Shown: positions 44,772-56,493, counted from the first letter of the stretch. The stretch is 64,000 bases of DNA from Acutalibacteraceae bacterium (GCA_051881575.1 JBJEQD010000105.1:4316-68315); one strand, 5' to 3'. Made by a program: numbers and translations. The notes: generated from the letters alone by a model not told the origin.

Positions 44772-45515
44772 ATGGATAAATTCAGAAAAGAATACCTCGG
44801 CTCGGGGATAACCGCCTTCGTTTCGGATTCCCACAGTTTCGGAACAGACGCAGTTCTGCTCGCCGATTTTTCCTCGCCGTCAAAGTGCTCCGTCTGCTGT
44901 GACCTCGGCTCGGGCTGCGGAATAATCCCCCTGCTTTGGTGCAAAAAAGAGACGGGCAAAATCACCGCCGTTGAGCTTCAGAAGCTTGCGGTTGAGCAGA
45001 TTAATGCGGCAATAGAATATAATTCGCTCTCCGAAAGGCTCAGCGCAGTCAATGCGGATTTAAGAGATCTTAAAGGCTCGGTTCCGTTCGGCTGTTTTGA
45101 CCTCGTGACGATGAATCCGCCCTACAAGGCGAGCGGAGCGGGAATTGAGAGCCGAAGCGGAGCGGATAAAATCGCAAGGCACGAAACGATGTGCACCTTT
45201 TCGGATATTTGCGCCGCCGCAAAAAAGCTGCTTAATTTCGGCGGCAGGCTCTGCATGTGCATCCGTCCCGAGCGGCTGTGCGAGCTTATGCTTGAAATGC
45301 ATTCGGCAGGCATCGAGCCGAAAAGGCTTCGCCTTGTTGCAAAATGCCCCGGCAAAGCGCCGTGGCTTGCCCTGATTGAGGGGCGCAGGGGCGGCAAAAG
45401 CGGAATAACCGTTGAACCCGAGCTTTTCGTTCACGGCTCGGACGGAGGTTACTCCGAGGAAATGAAAAAAATCTACGGCGATTATCTTTTGGAAAACAGA
45501 GGTGAAAATTCTTGA
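44772..45515 (+). CDS. tRNA1(Val) A37 N6-methyltransferase family (YabB/TrmN6)
   Basis: FGTDAVLLADF, DLGSGCGIIPL, MNPPY, ARHE. Confidence 0.85.
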   Translation: MDKFRKEYLGSGITAFVSDSHSFGTDAVLLADFSSPSKCSVCCDLGSGCGIIPLLWCKKETGKITAVELQKLAVEQINAAIEYNSLSERLSAVNADLRDLKGSVPFGCFDLVTMNPPYKASGAGIESRSGADKIARHETMCTFSDICAAAKKLLNFGGRLCMCIRPERLCELMLEMHSAGIEPKRLRLVAKCPGKAPWLALIEGRRGGKSGITVEPELFVHGSDGGYSEEMKKIYGDYLLENRGENS

Positions 45516-46339
45516 GCGGAACTCTTTTTGTTGTCGGCACGCCTATCGGCAATCTCGGAGACACATCTCCGAGGGCGCTCAGCGTTCTTGAAAGCGTTGA
45601 TTTCATTGCCGCCGAGGATACAAGAGTCAGCCTCAAGCTTTTGAATCACTTCGGGATAAAAAAGCCGATGATAAGCTATTTTGAACATAACCGTTTTGAA
45701 AAAGGCCCGATAATTGCCGAGCGTTTGCTGAAAGGCGAAAGCTGTGCAATCGTTACGGATGCGGGAATGCCCGCAATCTCCGACCCCGGCGAAGATCTTG
45801 TTAAGCTCTGCATTGAAAAAGGAATACGGATTGAAGCCGTTCCGGGTCCGTGCGCTTTTGCAACGGCTCTTGCGGTTTCGGGAATGCCGTCACGGCGTTT
45901 CACCTTTGAGGGCTTCCTGCCGACGGATAAGCAGGAGAGAAAAGCGCATATTGAATCGCTTATCGGCGAAAAAAGAACAATGATTTTCTATGAAGCCCCG
46001 CATAAGCTTGCCGCAACCCTCTCCGACCTTGCCGCCGCTCTCGGAGACAGAGAAACGGCAATAGTCAGAGAATTAACCAAAATTCACGAGCAGGTTCTGA
46101 AAACAACCCTATGCGCCGCAGCGGAAAAATATTCCGCCGAGAGCATAAAGGGCGAAATCGTTCTGATTGTTGCGGGCGCAGCTCCAGAGGAAAAAGACGA
46201 AATGACGCTTGCTCAGGCGGCGGACTATGCAAGGGAGCTCATAGAAAAGGGTGAGAGCAAAACGGACGCCGCAAAGATTGCCGCAAAGATGAGCGGCTTG
46301 AAAAAAGGCGATATATACAAGCTTTTGGTGGAGGAATAA
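45512..46339 (+). CDS. rsmI: 16S rRNA C1402 2'-O-methyltransferase
   Basis: GTPIGNLGD, AAEDTR, DAGMPAISDPG, FYEAPHK, RELTKIHE; TTG start. Confidence 0.93.
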   Translation: MSGTLFVVGTPIGNLGDTSPRALSVLESVDFIAAEDTRVSLKLLNHFGIKKPMISYFEHNRFEKGPIIAERLLKGESCAIVTDAGMPAISDPGEDLVKLCIEKGIRIEAVPGPCAFATALAVSGMPSRRFTFEGFLPTDKQERKAHIESLIGEKRTMIFYEAPHKLAATLSDLAAALGDRETAIVRELTKIHEQVLKTTLCAAAEKYSAESIKGEIVLIVAGAAPEEKDEMTLAQAADYARELIEKGESKTDAAKIAAKMSGLKKGDIYKLLVEE

Positions 46340-46343
46340 AAAT

Positions 46344-46955
46344 ATGCTTCAATATTATTCGGAACGCCCGTATCTGTTTTTGATTTTTGCCGTGCTCATC
46401 GCTCTGACGGTGTTTGTCTGCATTATGGCAGGCAGAGCAAGCTCAAAAAGATACAAGGCAAACGAAAAAATCATGAAAAAGCTGAAAGAGGAGAACGAGC
46501 TTCGCAACGAGTTTGCCGTTTTGACAGAAACCCTTGCGGAAAAATCCGAGCCCGAAAGACTTTTTAAAGGCGTTGCTCTGAATCTGCAAAAGCGTGTTTC
46601 TGATGCGGAGGATATGATTGCCGAGTTTAACTCTCTCACATCCGAACAGCGGGAAATATACGCTCTTTCCGTCGTTGTCGAGGACGGCTCTGAAAAACTG
46701 AGCGAATTTTTCAGAGCAAGCGTTCAGCCCCTGACGGGAGCGGCGCTTGATGCGGTCAAACACATTTTCGGCGGTAAGGCGGCGGAAATTTTTGAAAGCG
46801 AATTTAACTCCTTTGACCCCGATAATGAAACCGCTTCGGTAATTCTCGCAGAGATTGAGAAAAAGGACGCCGAGTTTGCCTCAATTCTGCCTGAAAATGA
46901 GCTTTGCCGCAAAGCCGGAATGTTCATAAAGGAAAATTTTGATAAATTTATCTGA
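46344..46955 (+). CDS. Hypothetical protein with N-terminal TM helix
   Basis: 203-aa ORF with host-like codon usage and SD GGAGG. Confidence 0.6.
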   Translation: MLQYYSERPYLFLIFAVLIALTVFVCIMAGRASSKRYKANEKIMKKLKEENELRNEFAVLTETLAEKSEPERLFKGVALNLQKRVSDAEDMIAEFNSLTSEQREIYALSVVVEDGSEKLSEFFRASVQPLTGAALDAVKHIFGGKAAEIFESEFNSFDPDNETASVILAEIEKKDAEFASILPENELCRKAGMFIKENFDKFI

Positions 46956-47004
46956 ATAGAATCACCTCCCGAAGCCGAAAATATCGGTAACGGGAGGTAT
47001 TATT

Positions 47005-47544
47005 ATGGAATTCAAAGGAAGCAAAACCGAAGCCAATCTTATGGCGGCGTTCGCAGGCGAATCTCAGGCAAGGAACAAATACACCTTTTATGCCGACAAG
47101 GCAAAAAAAGACGGCTATGAGCAGATTGCCGATATCTTCATGAAAACTGCCGACAACGAAAAAGAGCATGCAGAAATATGGTTCAAGCATCTGCATGAAA
47201 ACTCAATTCCGGGAACGGCGGAGAATCTGCTTGATGCGGCGGCAGGCGAAAACTACGAATGGACTGAAATGTATAAAGAATTTGAGCAGGTCGCATCTCA
47301 GGAGGGCTTCACGGAGATTGCCGCTCTGTTCAAAATGGTCGGTTCAATCGAAAAAGAGCATGAAAACCGTTTCAGAACCCTGAGCAAAAATCTTGAACAG
47401 GGAATCGTTTTTGCAAAAAGCGGCGAAACCGTCTGGCTGTGCCGCAACTGCGGTTATATTCATGTTGCCAAAGCCGCTCCGAAGGTCTGCCCGGTTTGCG
47501 CTCATCCTCAATCATTTTTTGAGGTCAGGGCGGAGAATTATTAA
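47005..47544 (+). CDS. rbr: Rubrerythrin
   Basis: AFAGESQARNKY, NEKEHA, EKEHENRF, C-terminal CRNCG...CPVCAHP. Confidence 0.93.
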   Translation: MEFKGSKTEANLMAAFAGESQARNKYTFYADKAKKDGYEQIADIFMKTADNEKEHAEIWFKHLHENSIPGTAENLLDAAAGENYEWTEMYKEFEQVASQEGFTEIAALFKMVGSIEKEHENRFRTLSKNLEQGIVFAKSGETVWLCRNCGYIHVAKAAPKVCPVCAHPQSFFEVRAENY

Positions 47545-47569
47545 CGCCGTTTGCGGCAAATACGCATCA

Positions 47570-47603
47570 AAAAAAGAGGCTCCCAAAGCGGAAGCCTCTT
47601 TTC
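47570..47603. terminator. Bidirectional terminator between rbr and the DUF378 gene
   Basis: AAAAAAGAGGCT...AGCCTCTTTT. Confidence 0.7.
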
Positions 47604-47615
47604 TGTCAATAATAA

Positions 47616-47840
47616 TTATTCGATTTCGTTTGAACCCGCATGGGAAACGCTCTCGGATTCTCTGAAAAGCAGGGAAATACACCAAACACCTGCAAGGGCA
47701 ACAAGTGTGTAGACAATTCTGCTCAGAATTGCTCCCTGACCGCCGAAAATCCAGGCGACAATATCAAACTGAAACAACCCTATGCTGCCCCAGTTGAGCG
47801 CACCGATTATTACAAGAATCAGTGAAATTTTATCAAGCAT
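47616..47840 (-). CDS. DUF378 (YuzA-like) small membrane protein
   Basis: LVIIGALNWGSIGLFQFDIVAWIFG...RIVYTLVALAG; SD AGGAG. Confidence 0.88.
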   Translation of the reverse strand: MLDKISLILVIIGALNWGSIGLFQFDIVAWIFGGQGAILSRIVYTLVALAGVWCISLLFRESESVSHAGSNEIE

Positions 47841-47871
47841 TCGTTTCAACTCCTTAATTGCTTTTCAAGGA

Positions 47872-47900
47872 TATTATTAGCCGAATGAATGCTTTTATAC
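47872..47900 (-). promoter_or_regulatory. Putative sigma-G/F (forespore) promoter for the DUF378 gene
   Basis: GTATA-17-AATAATA matches the B. subtilis sigma-G consensus. Confidence 0.5.
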
Positions 47901-47919
47901 TTTTAAGGGCAGGAAATCT

Positions 47920-48471
47920 TTAGAAATAAAATTTAACATCGCTGTCTTTGAGCAGCGGTGCATTTTTATCTTTTTCGGAAAGAACGGGGTCGGTTATTCC
48001 CCAGTCAACTCCGATTTCGGGGTCGCAGAAGCAGACGCTTCTGTCATTTTCGGGGGAATAAAATTCATCAACCTTATATGAAATTTCAACATTTTCGCTC
48101 AGGGTAACAAAGCCGTGCAGACAGCCTTTCGGGATAAAGAGCATTTTTTTGTTTTCTTCGCTCAGTTCAACCGCAACCCACTTCATAAATGTCGGCGAGC
48201 CTTGACGGATATCAACCGCCACATCGAGAATTTTACCCTTGAGGCAGGTCAGGAGCTTCGCCTGAGCCATCGGGTCGGTCTGGCAATGCAGGCCTCTGAG
48301 CGTTCCTTTTTTTGCCGAAAAAGAACGGTTATCCTGAACAAAATCAACATTTATGCCGAGCTTTTCAAATTCTCTTTTTGAATATGTTTCGTAAAACCAG
48401 CCTCGGTTATCGCCGAAAACCTTCGGTTCAACAATATAAACGCCGTTAACGGCAGTTTCATTCAGCGTCAT
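47920..48471 (-). CDS. rmlC: dTDP-4-dehydrorhamnose 3,5-epimerase
   Basis: [38 protein letters not shown]; start 48471 or 48477. Confidence 0.93.
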   Translation of the reverse strand: MTLNETAVNGVYIVEPKVFGDNRGWFYETYSKREFEKLGINVDFVQDNRSFSAKKGTLRGLHCQTDPMAQAKLLTCLKGKILDVAVDIRQGSPTFMKWVAVELSEENKKMLFIPKGCLHGFVTLSENVEISYKVDEFYSPENDRSVCFCDPEIGVDWGITDPVLSEKDKNAPLLKDSDVKFYF

Positions 48472-49396
48472 TGTCATTCTCCAATCCCCAGCACGGTCTT
48501 TCGCCGGGCTTATCGCTCGAATACAGAATTTTACCCTCTGCAACGGAGCGCAGATGCTGGCCGTAAGAGGATTTGCCGTATTTTTCAGCCGAACGGAGCA
48601 GAGCCTCACGGCTTATCCAGCGCATATTATAAGCAATTTCTTCGGGTGCGGAAATCTTGATTCCCTGAAGCCTTTCAACGGTCTTGATGAAGTTTGCGGC
48701 GTCAATCAGGCTGTCAACCGTGCCGGTATCAAGCCACGCAAAGCCTCTGCCCATGAGCTTGATATCAAGGTCGCCGTTCTGAAGATACATCTGATTAATG
48801 TCGGTTATTTCAAGCTCGCCTCTTTTTGAAGGCTTCAGCGATTTCGCATATTCAACAACCCTGTTGTCATAGAAATAAAGACCCGTTACGGCATAATTTG
48901 ATTTCGGAACTTCGGGCTTTTCCTCAATTGAAACGGGAACACCGTGTTCGTCAAATTCAACAACGCCGAAGCTCTGAGGGTTGTCAACATAATAGCCGAA
49001 AATCGTCGCTCTGTTCTTATTCTTTGCCGCCTGCCTGAGCATATGCCCGAGCCCGTTGCCGTAGAAAATATTGTCGCCGAGCACCATGGCAACATCATCG
49101 TTACCGATGAATTTTTCGCCGATGATGAACGCCTGAGCAAGCCCGTCGGGACTTTCCTGAACGGCATATGAGAGGTTCAGGCCGAACTGCCTGCCGTTCC
49201 CGAGAAGCTCCTGAAACCTCGGCGTATCGGTCGGGGTTGAAATAATCAAAATCTCTCTGATTCCCGCAAGCATGAGGGTTGAGAGAGGATAATATATCAT
49301 CGGTTTATCATAAACCGGCAGAAGCTGTTTGCTCGTTACCAAGGTCAATGGATAGAGCCTTGTTCCCGAACCGCCGGCCAAAATGATACCTTTCAA
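48458..49396 (-). CDS. rmlA: Glucose-1-phosphate thymidylyltransferase
   Basis: [42 protein letters not shown]; probable TTG start 8 nt after GGAG. Confidence 0.95.
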   Translation of the reverse strand: MKGIILAGGSGTRLYPLTLVTSKQLLPVYDKPMIYYPLSTLMLAGIREILIISTPTDTPRFQELLGNGRQFGLNLSYAVQESPDGLAQAFIIGEKFIGNDDVAMVLGDNIFYGNGLGHMLRQAAKNKNRATIFGYYVDNPQSFGVVEFDEHGVPVSIEEKPEVPKSNYAVTGLYFYDNRVVEYAKSLKPSKRGELEITDINQMYLQNGDLDIKLMGRGFAWLDTGTVDSLIDAANFIKTVERLQGIKISAPEEIAYNMRWISREALLRSAEKYGKSSYGQHLRSVAEGKILYSSDKPGERPCWGLENDNDAE

Positions 49397-49555
49397 ACAA
49401 AACACTCCGTTTCAAAATTGAACTGCCGCAAGCTTTTATTTTAGAGTATAATACCACTATTTGTTAAAAATGTCAACAAACAATAGATATTTTCGCTTTT
49501 TCTTTATGAAAAGTGTTAATAAAGCTGTTTTTTTCGTTTATTTTTAAATAAAAGG

Positions 49556-49602
49556 TTTACATTTAAATTAGAATGTGATATAATCGTTTAGAACATTTGT
49601 TC
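49556..49602 (+). promoter_or_regulatory. uvrBA promoter with LexA (Cheo) box
   Basis: TTTACA-17-TATAAT (TG-extended); GAAC-ATTT-GTTC at 49591-49602. Confidence 0.8.
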
Positions 49603-49623
49603 ATAGACGGAGGGTCGGATTAT

Positions 49624-51582
49624 ATGGATAGATTTGTGCTTCATTCAAAATATAAGCCAATGGGCGATCAGCCTCAGGCAATCGAACAGCTCGTTGACGG
49701 GCTTAACAAAGGCTATGCCGAGCAGACGCTTCTCGGCGTTACGGGTTCGGGCAAAACCTTCACCATGGCGAACATCATCGAAAAGGTCAACAGACCCACG
49801 CTTGTGCTTGCCCACAACAAAACTCTTGCGGCGCAGCTTTGCTCGGAGTTCAGGGAATTCTTCCCCGAAAACGCCGTTGAATATTTTGTTTCATATTATG
49901 ATTATTATCAGCCCGAAGCTTATATTCCGACCACCGACACATATATAGAAAAGGATTCTGCAATCAACGATGAAATTGATAAACTGCGCCACTCTGCGAC
50001 CTCGGCTCTGTCCGAAAGGCGTGATGTTATTATCGTTGCCAGCGTCTCCTGCATTTACACCCTCGGCGACCCGATTGATTACCGCAGCATGGTTATTTCC
50101 CTGCGCACGGGCATGGAAAAGAGCCGTGATGAGCTGATTGAAAAGCTCGTTTCGATTCAGTACGAACGCAACGACATTGATTTCAGCCGAAACAAATTCA
50201 GGGTCAGGGGCGATGTTGTTGAGATTTTTCCCGTTTATTCAAACGAAAACGGAATAAGGGTTGAATTCTTCGGCGATGAGATTGAACGCATCAGCGAAAT
50301 CAACGCTTTGACCGGTCAGGTTAAAAATGTTGTTTCTCATGCCGCAATTTATCCCGCATCTCACTATGTCATTTCCCCCGAAAAGCTTGAAAAATCAATC
50401 GGAAAAATCTATTCCGAAATGCTTGACAGGGTTAAATATTTTGAAGAGAACGGCAAACTGCTCGAAGCTCAGAGAATCAGGCAGAGAACCGAATATGACA
50501 TTGAAATGCTGCGTGAAACGGGCTTTTGCAAGGGCATAGAGAACTATTCAAGGGTTATGTCAGACAGAGAGCCCGGCTCTGCGCCGTTCACTCTGCTTGA
50601 TTATTTCCCCGATGATTTTATACTCTTCGTTGACGAATCCCATGTCACTCTGCCCCAGGTCAGGGCGATGTACGGCGGCGACCGAGCAAGAAAAGACAGC
50701 CTTATTGAATACGGCTTCCGTCTGCCCTCGGCTTATGACAACCGACCGCTGACCTTTGACGAATTCTATTCAAAAATCGGTCAGAAAATTTTTGTCAGTG
50801 CAACGCCCGGAGATTTTGAGAAAGAAAAGAGCGCCTCAATCGCCGAGCAGGTCATCAGACCGACGGGTCTGCTTGACCCCGAAATATCGGTCAGACCCGT
50901 TGACGGGCAGATTGACGACCTCGTTTCCGAAATCAACATCCGCACTGAAAAGGGCGAAAGAGTGCTTGTTACGACCCTCACCAAACGAATGGCTGAGGAT
51001 TTGACGGATTATCTCGATAATCTGAATATCAAGGTGCGCTACATGCACCACGACATTGATACGATTGAGAGAATGGAAATCATCAGAGGGCTTCGTCTCG
51101 GCGATTTTGATGTGCTTGTCGGCATAAATCTGCTCCGTGAGGGTCTTGATATTCCCGAGGTTTCGCTCGTTGCAATTCTCGACGCCGACAAGGAGGGCTT
51201 CCTGCGCTCCGAAACCTCGCTCATTCAGACGATAGGCAGAGCCGCAAGAAACGCAGGCGGAACGGTTATCATGTATGCCGACTGCGTCACTCCGTCAATG
51301 GAAAGAGCGATAACCGAAACGGAACGCCGCCGCAAAAAGCAGATGAAATATAACGAAGAACACGGCATCGTGCCGAAAACAATAGTTAAAGATGTTCACG
51401 AAATAATAGAAATTTCGGCAAAGAACGACGAAGAAAAGGCAGTCTCGAAGCTCAGCAAGAAAGAGCGTGAACAGCTTATTATCAAGCTCACCGCCGAAAT
51501 GAAAGCGGCGGCAAAGATTCTTGAATTTGAACACGCCGCATATCTGCGTGACAGAATTGAAAAACTCAGAAGAGGTAAATAA
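49624..51582 (+). CDS. uvrB: Excinuclease ABC subunit B
   Basis: [40 protein letters not shown]. Confidence 0.97.
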   Translation: MDRFVLHSKYKPMGDQPQAIEQLVDGLNKGYAEQTLLGVTGSGKTFTMANIIEKVNRPTLVLAHNKTLAAQLCSEFREFFPENAVEYFVSYYDYYQPEAYIPTTDTYIEKDSAINDEIDKLRHSATSALSERRDVIIVASVSCIYTLGDPIDYRSMVISLRTGMEKSRDELIEKLVSIQYERNDIDFSRNKFRVRGDVVEIFPVYSNENGIRVEFFGDEIERISEINALTGQVKNVVSHAAIYPASHYVISPEKLEKSIGKIYSEMLDRVKYFEENGKLLEAQRIRQRTEYDIEMLRETGFCKGIENYSRVMSDREPGSAPFTLLDYFPDDFILFVDESHVTLPQVRAMYGGDRARKDSLIEYGFRLPSAYDNRPLTFDEFYSKIGQKIFVSATPGDFEKEKSASIAEQVIRPTGLLDPEISVRPVDGQIDDLVSEINIRTEKGERVLVTTLTKRMAEDLTDYLDNLNIKVRYMHHDIDTIERMEIIRGLRLGDFDVLVGINLLREGLDIPEVSLVAILDADKEGFLRSETSLIQTIGRAARNAGGTVIMYADCVTPSMERAITETERRRKKQMKYNEEHGIVPKTIVKDVHEIIEISAKNDEEKAVSKLSKKEREQLIIKLTAEMKAAAKILEFEHAAYLRDRIEKLRRGK

Positions 51583-51585
51583 TAT

Positions 51586-54417
51586 ATGGCATCAAAATTC
51601 CTGACAGTTAAGGGTGCAAAGGAACACAATCTAAAAAATGTTGATATCTCCGTTCCGAGGGACAAGCTCGTTGTTTTCACGGGTCTTTCGGGTTCGGGCA
51701 AATCCTCGCTTGCCTTCGACACGATTTATGCCGAGGGTCAGCGCAGATATGTTGAGTCGCTTTCGTCTTATGCAAGGCAGTTTCTCGGTCAGATGGAAAA
51801 GCCGAATGTTGAGAGCATTGACGGACTTTCTCCCGCAATTTCAATCGATCAGAAAACGACCTCAAAAAATCCCCGTTCAACCGTCGGAACGGTAACGGAA
51901 ATCTATGATTATCTGCGCTTGCTTTACGCAAGGGTCGGTATCCCCCATTGCCCCGAATGCGGCAGAGAAATCAGCAGACAGACCGTTGACGACATCACAA
52001 AGCAGGTGCTTTCCCTGCCCGAGGGCACAAAAATTCAGGTTATGTCGCCCATTGCAAGAGGGAAAAAAGGCGAATATGTCAAGGAGCTTGAGAGCGTTCG
52101 CAAGGGTGGCTTTGCAAGGGTCAGAATTGACTCGATTATTTATGATTTATCCGAAGAAATCAAGCTTGAAAAGAACATCAAGCATAATATTGAGGTTATC
52201 GTTGACCGCCTTGTGATAAAAGACGGTATCCGTTCAAGGCTTGCGGATTCAATCGAAACCGCAACCAATCTCAGCGGCGGTCTGCTGCTTGTTGATGTTA
52301 TCGGCGGTGAAGAACAGCTCTATTCGCTCAACTACGCCTGCCCCGAGCACGGAGTGAGCATTGAAGAGCTTGAACCCCGCTCGTTCTCTTTCAACAATCC
52401 TTTCGGCGCATGCCCGAAATGCAGCGGCCTCGGCGTTTTCATGAAAATCGACCCGAAAATGGTCGTTCCAGACGGCAGCCTTTCAATCAGAGAGGGCGCA
52501 ATCAAGGCGAGCGGCTGGTCGTCGTCGGAGGGCGGCACGATAGCTCAGATGTATTTTGAGGGACTTGCCAAAGCTTATGATTTTTCGCTTGATACTCCTT
52601 TCAATGAGCTTCCGAAGAAAGCAAAGGATGTTGTGTTTTACGGCACGGGCGGAAAAAAAATAAAGCTCGAACGCCGAAACGAATACGGCAGCGGAACTTA
52701 TATGACCGATTTTGAAGGCATAATTAACAACCTTGAACGCAGATACAAGGAAACGACAAGCGAATATTCCCGAGCAGAAATTGAAAACTATATGTCAACG
52801 GTTGAATGCCCCGAATGCGGCGGTTCAAGGCTTCGCAAGGAGTCGATGGGAGTTACCGTCGGTGGCATCAACATTGATGAATTTTCAAGAAAATCAATAA
52901 ATGATGAAATAGAGTTTCTGGATAAGCTTTCTCTCAGCGAGCGTGACACCATGATTGCTGAGCAGATTATCAAGGAGATTCGCAGCAGGCTGAGCTTTCT
53001 TTCAAGCGTCGGTCTTGATTATCTGACCCTTGCCCGTTCATCGGCAACGCTTTCGGGCGGCGAGGCGCAGAGAATACGCCTTGCAACTCAGATCGGTTCT
53101 TCGCTCATGGGAGTTCTTTATATTCTTGACGAGCCGAGCATCGGGCTTCATCAGCGTGACAATGCAAAGCTGCTCAAAACTCTTGAACATCTGCGTGACA
53201 TCGGCAACACTCTCATTGTTGTTGAGCATGATGAAGAAACAATGCGTGCGGCGGATTATATCGTCGATGTCGGCCCGGGGGCGGGCATTCACGGCGGCGA
53301 AATCGTCTGCTGCGGCAGCGTTGACGATATTATCAACTGCGAAAAATCGGTAACGGGTCAGTATCTCAGCGGTAAGAAGTTTATACCCGTGCCTGAAAAA
53401 CGCCGTGAGGGAAACGGCAAATCGCTTATCGTCTACGGCGCAAAAGAAAACAACCTTAAAAACATTGATGTTGAATTTCCTCTCGGAAAATTCATTGCCG
53501 TAACGGGCGTTTCGGGTTCGGGAAAATCGTCGCTTGTCAATGAAATTCTCAACAAGCACCTTGCAACCGAGCTGAACAACGCAAAAAAAATTGCCGGAAA
53601 TCACGACAGAATCACCGGCACGGAATATCTTGACAAGGTTATAAACATCGACCAATCTCCGATTGGCAGAACTCCCCGTTCAAACCCTGCGACCTACACG
53701 GGCGTTTTCACGGATATCAGGGAGCTTTTCGCTTCAACAACCGATTCAAAGAAAAGGGGCTACAAGGCGAACCGCTATTCGTTCAATGTCAAGGGCGGCC
53801 GCTGTGAAGCCTGCCAGGGCGACGGAATCGTTAAAATTGAAATGCACTTTATGAGCGATATCTATGTTCCGTGCGAGGTCTGCAAGGGCAAAAGATACAA
53901 CAGAGAAACGCTTGAGGTGCACTATAAAGGCAAAAACATCAGCGATGTTCTTGACATGACGGTTGAGGAAGCAATGAATTTCTTTGAGAGCATTCCGAAG
54001 ATTCACCGCAAGATAAAAACGCTCTATGATGTCGGCTTGGGATATGTCAAGCTCGGTCAGCCCGCAACGACACTTTCGGGCGGCGAAGCGCAGAGGGTTA
54101 AGCTTGCAACGGAGCTTTCAAAGCATTCAACGGGCAAAACGGTTTATATTCTTGACGAGCCGACAACGGGTCTGCACACGGCAGATGTTCACCGCCTTAT
54201 AGATGTTTTGCAGAAGTTTGTTGACAACGGCAACACGGTTATCGTTATCGAGCATAATCTTGATGTTATCAAGGTTGCCGACCACATAATCGACCTTGGC
54301 CCCGAGGGCGGAAACGGCGGCGGCGAAATCGTTGCACAGGGCACACCCGAAGAGGTTGCCGCCTGCGAAAAGTCATATACGGGAATGTATCTTAAAAAGT
54401 TGCTTAGCAATAAATAA
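51586..54417 (+). CDS. uvrA: Excinuclease ABC subunit A
   Basis: [31 protein letters not shown], second cassette GVSGSGKSS, zinc fingers. Confidence 0.97.
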   Translation: MASKFLTVKGAKEHNLKNVDISVPRDKLVVFTGLSGSGKSSLAFDTIYAEGQRRYVESLSSYARQFLGQMEKPNVESIDGLSPAISIDQKTTSKNPRSTVGTVTEIYDYLRLLYARVGIPHCPECGREISRQTVDDITKQVLSLPEGTKIQVMSPIARGKKGEYVKELESVRKGGFARVRIDSIIYDLSEEIKLEKNIKHNIEVIVDRLVIKDGIRSRLADSIETATNLSGGLLLVDVIGGEEQLYSLNYACPEHGVSIEELEPRSFSFNNPFGACPKCSGLGVFMKIDPKMVVPDGSLSIREGAIKASGWSSSEGGTIAQMYFEGLAKAYDFSLDTPFNELPKKAKDVVFYGTGGKKIKLERRNEYGSGTYMTDFEGIINNLERRYKETTSEYSRAEIENYMSTVECPECGGSRLRKESMGVTVGGINIDEFSRKSINDEIEFLDKLSLSERDTMIAEQIIKEIRSRLSFLSSVGLDYLTLARSSATLSGGEAQRIRLATQIGSSLMGVLYILDEPSIGLHQRDNAKLLKTLEHLRDIGNTLIVVEHDEETMRAADYIVDVGPGAGIHGGEIVCCGSVDDIINCEKSVTGQYLSGKKFIPVPEKRREGNGKSLIVYGAKENNLKNIDVEFPLGKFIAVTGVSGSGKSSLVNEILNKHLATELNNAKKIAGNHDRITGTEYLDKVINIDQSPIGRTPRSNPATYTGVFTDIRELFASTTDSKKRGYKANRYSFNVKGGRCEACQGDGIVKIEMHFMSDIYVPCEVCKGKRYNRETLEVHYKGKNISDVLDMTVEEAMNFFESIPKIHRKIKTLYDVGLGYVKLGQPATTLSGGEAQRVKLATELSKHSTGKTVYILDEPTTGLHTADVHRLIDVLQKFVDNGNTVIVIEHNLDVIKVADHIIDLGPEGGNGGGEIVAQGTPEEVAACEKSYTGMYLKKLLSNK

Positions 54418-54495
54418 TCAGCTTGATATTCTGTTTGAAAGCAGAAAAAAACAGACTAATAATACTTTTGCAAGATTTGAGAAAGGAATGTCCTT

Positions 54496-55047
54496 ATGAA
54501 TGTATTGCTGACTTCATGCGGATTGGAAACCGAGAAAATCAAAAGCGTATTTTTAGATATGCTATGTAAAAATCCGCAGGATGCAAAGGCATTGTTTATC
54601 CCCACAGCCGCAATTGACCCGGATGCAATTGAGGTTTTGCCGAAATGCCTGAATGATTTGCTCAAATGCGGCATAAAGAGAGAAAATATATCCGTTTATG
54701 ACTTGCATAAAGCGTATGACGGCAAGGTTTCGCAAGCATTCGATATTATTTATATTTGCGGCGGCAACGCCGAATATTTATTGGAGCGAATTAACGAAAT
54801 CGGTTTCAATAATAAAATATCGGAGTTCATTGACGACGGCGGAACCGTTGTGGGTGTGAGCGCAGGGAGCATTATTTTTGCAAATAATCTTGAAAATAAC
54901 CTCGGTCTGCTCCCCTGCTATTTGGATGTTCATTGTGAAAACCCCGAAATGCCCGCAAAAATCAAAAAAGATTCAAAGGAACGCATTGATTTAGGCAACG
55001 AGCAGGGAATTATTTTTGAAGAAGATAACATTATCATCTTTGAATAA
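54496..55047 (+). CDS. Peptidase E / type 1 glutamine amidotransferase-like (S51 family)
   Basis: LFIPTAA, IYICGGNA..L, GVSAGS nucleophile elbow, DVHC. Confidence 0.8.
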   Translation: MNVLLTSCGLETEKIKSVFLDMLCKNPQDAKALFIPTAAIDPDAIEVLPKCLNDLLKCGIKRENISVYDLHKAYDGKVSQAFDIIYICGGNAEYLLERINEIGFNNKISEFIDDGGTVVGVSAGSIIFANNLENNLGLLPCYLDVHCENPEMPAKIKKDSKERIDLGNEQGIIFEEDNIIIFE

Positions 55048-55111
55048 AATCCCGCCGCACAGAGTACGCCATAAGAAATTGTAAACTGCGTTAATTTTAA
55101 TAAGCATAAAA

Positions 55112-55147
55112 AATCCGCCCTGCGTTTTGCAGAGCGGATTGCTTTTT
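55112..55147. terminator. Bidirectional terminator
   Basis: AATCCGC-C-CTGC...GCAG-A-GCGGATT with A and T runs. Confidence 0.65.
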
Positions 55148-55154
55148 GTTAAAA

Positions 55155-55439
55155 TTACTGCTCAACAGCGTAAACGCTGACCTTCTTGCGGTCTTTGCCC
55201 ATACGCTCGAACTTAACCGTTCCGTCGATGAGAGCAAAAAGAGTGTCATCCGAGCCGATGCCAACATTGTTGCCGGGATGGATGTGAGTGCCTCTCTGTC
55301 TTACAAGGATGTTGCCTGCAAGAACGAACTGGCCGTCAGCTCTCTTTGCGCCGAGTCTCTTTGACTCTGAATCACGGCCGTTACGGGTTGAACCCATACC
55401 TTTCTTATGAGCGAAAAGCTGAACATTTATCTTAAGCAT
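55155..55439 (-). CDS. rpmA: 50S ribosomal protein L27 (with Prp-cleaved N-terminal extension)
   Basis: [24 protein letters not shown]. Confidence 0.97.
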   Translation of the reverse strand: MLKINVQLFAHKKGMGSTRNGRDSESKRLGAKRADGQFVLAGNILVRQRGTHIHPGNNVGIGSDDTLFALIDGTVKFERMGKDRKKVSVYAVEQ

Positions 55440-55755
55440 TTCTTACACCTCCGTAGATTATTCTGATGTTTTGCGGATACTGCTTTGAAAGCTCCGTCAG
55501 ATGAAGCGCCAGCCCCTTGAGAACCGCTTCGGCTCTTTCATCGGGCTGATTAAGCGATAAGCTCATTGCGCCGTCTCCCGCCTTGGCATCGGCGTTTGCG
55601 CCGATAACTTCGGTTATCGTGTTGGCAGCCATATATGCCGCCGAGGAAACAGAAGCGCAGATTATGTCTTTGCCGCTTTCGGCAAACATTGCGTGACCGC
55701 TTATTTCAAAGCCTTTAAGCTGTCCGTTTCCGACTGAGAATCTGACCTTTATCAT
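55432..55755 (-). CDS. prp: Ribosomal-processing cysteine protease Prp
   Basis: GHA...DIICASVSS; between rplU and rpmA. Confidence 0.92.
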   Translation of the reverse strand: MIKVRFSVGNGQLKGFEISGHAMFAESGKDIICASVSSAAYMAANTITEVIGANADAKAGDGAMSLSLNQPDERAEAVLKGLALHLTELSKQYPQNIRIIYGGVRNA

Positions 55756-55767
55756 AAGGTCGGTTAA

Positions 55768-56079
55768 TTATGCGTTGATGGCTGAGATTTCAACCTTAGT
55801 GTAAGGCTGTCTGTGACCCATCTTGCGCTTTGCATTCTTCTTTGACTTGTAGGTAAAAACGGTGATCTTCTTGCTCTTGCCGTTTTTAACGATCTTTGCG
55901 GAAACGCTTGCTCCGTCAACATAGGGAGCGCCGACGGTGATTCCGTCGTCCTTTCCGACAGCGACAACCTTATCGAAGGTGTACTCGCTTGCTTCTTCAG
56001 CGTCAAGCTTCTCGATGAATACTACATCGCCGGCCTGAACCTTGTACTGCTTGCCGCCTGTTTCAATAACTGCGTACAT
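55768..56079 (-). CDS. rplU: 50S ribosomal protein L21
   Basis: [21 protein letters not shown]. Confidence 0.97.
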   Translation of the reverse strand: MYAVIETGGKQYKVQAGDVVFIEKLDAEEASEYTFDKVVAVGKDDGITVGAPYVDGASVSAKIVKNGKSKKITVFTYKSKKNAKRKMGHRQPYTKVEISAINA

Positions 56080-56099
56080 TCGGAATATCAATCCTTTTC

Positions 56100-56176
56100 T
56101 TTAAGACTCGCTACTCTGAGGCACAGAAATCTGCTTTTGGGCGCACGAAATGCACCGCCCCGAATATGCGGCATAT
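56100..56176 (-). ncRNA. L21 leader (ribosomal protein leader RNA)
   Basis: 5' UTR of rplU with CCGCA...GGCGG stem and GCGAGTCT end; promoter TTGACA-17-TATAAT at 56208-56180. Confidence 0.6.
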
Positions 56177-56235
56177 GAGATTATAACACAACAGTCAACC
56201 GTTGTCAAATACTTTTTGCGGTTTTTTCAAAAAAA

Positions 56236-56493
56236 TCAGTTCTGATTGTTGTCATAAGGCTCATAGTTTGCCTGCTGATAATTCTGATTGTCGGGCATTG
56301 CAGGCTCCTCGGGCATAATGAGAGCCATAACAAAATAAATGATGATGGGACTGCCGAGAACAAAAATTGACAGCAGAACATAAATTACTCTGAGAATCGT
56401 TGAGTCAATGTCAAAATAGCTTGCCAGACCGCCGAGAACGCCGCAGATTTTCTTGTCCGTGGTGCTTCTGTAAAGTTTTTTCTTCATGGTCAT
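56236..56493 (-). CDS. PspC domain protein
   Basis: KKLYRSTTDKKICGVLGGLASYFDID...YFVMALIMP. Confidence 0.9.
   Translation of the reverse strand: MTMKKKLYRSTTDKKICGVLGGLASYFDIDSTILRVIYVLLSIFVLGSPIIIYFVMALIMPEEPAMPDNQNYQQANYEPYDNNQN

Noticed and set aside
55410-55439. N-terminal extension on L27
   Set aside because: Known Firmicutes feature removed by the adjacent Prp protease
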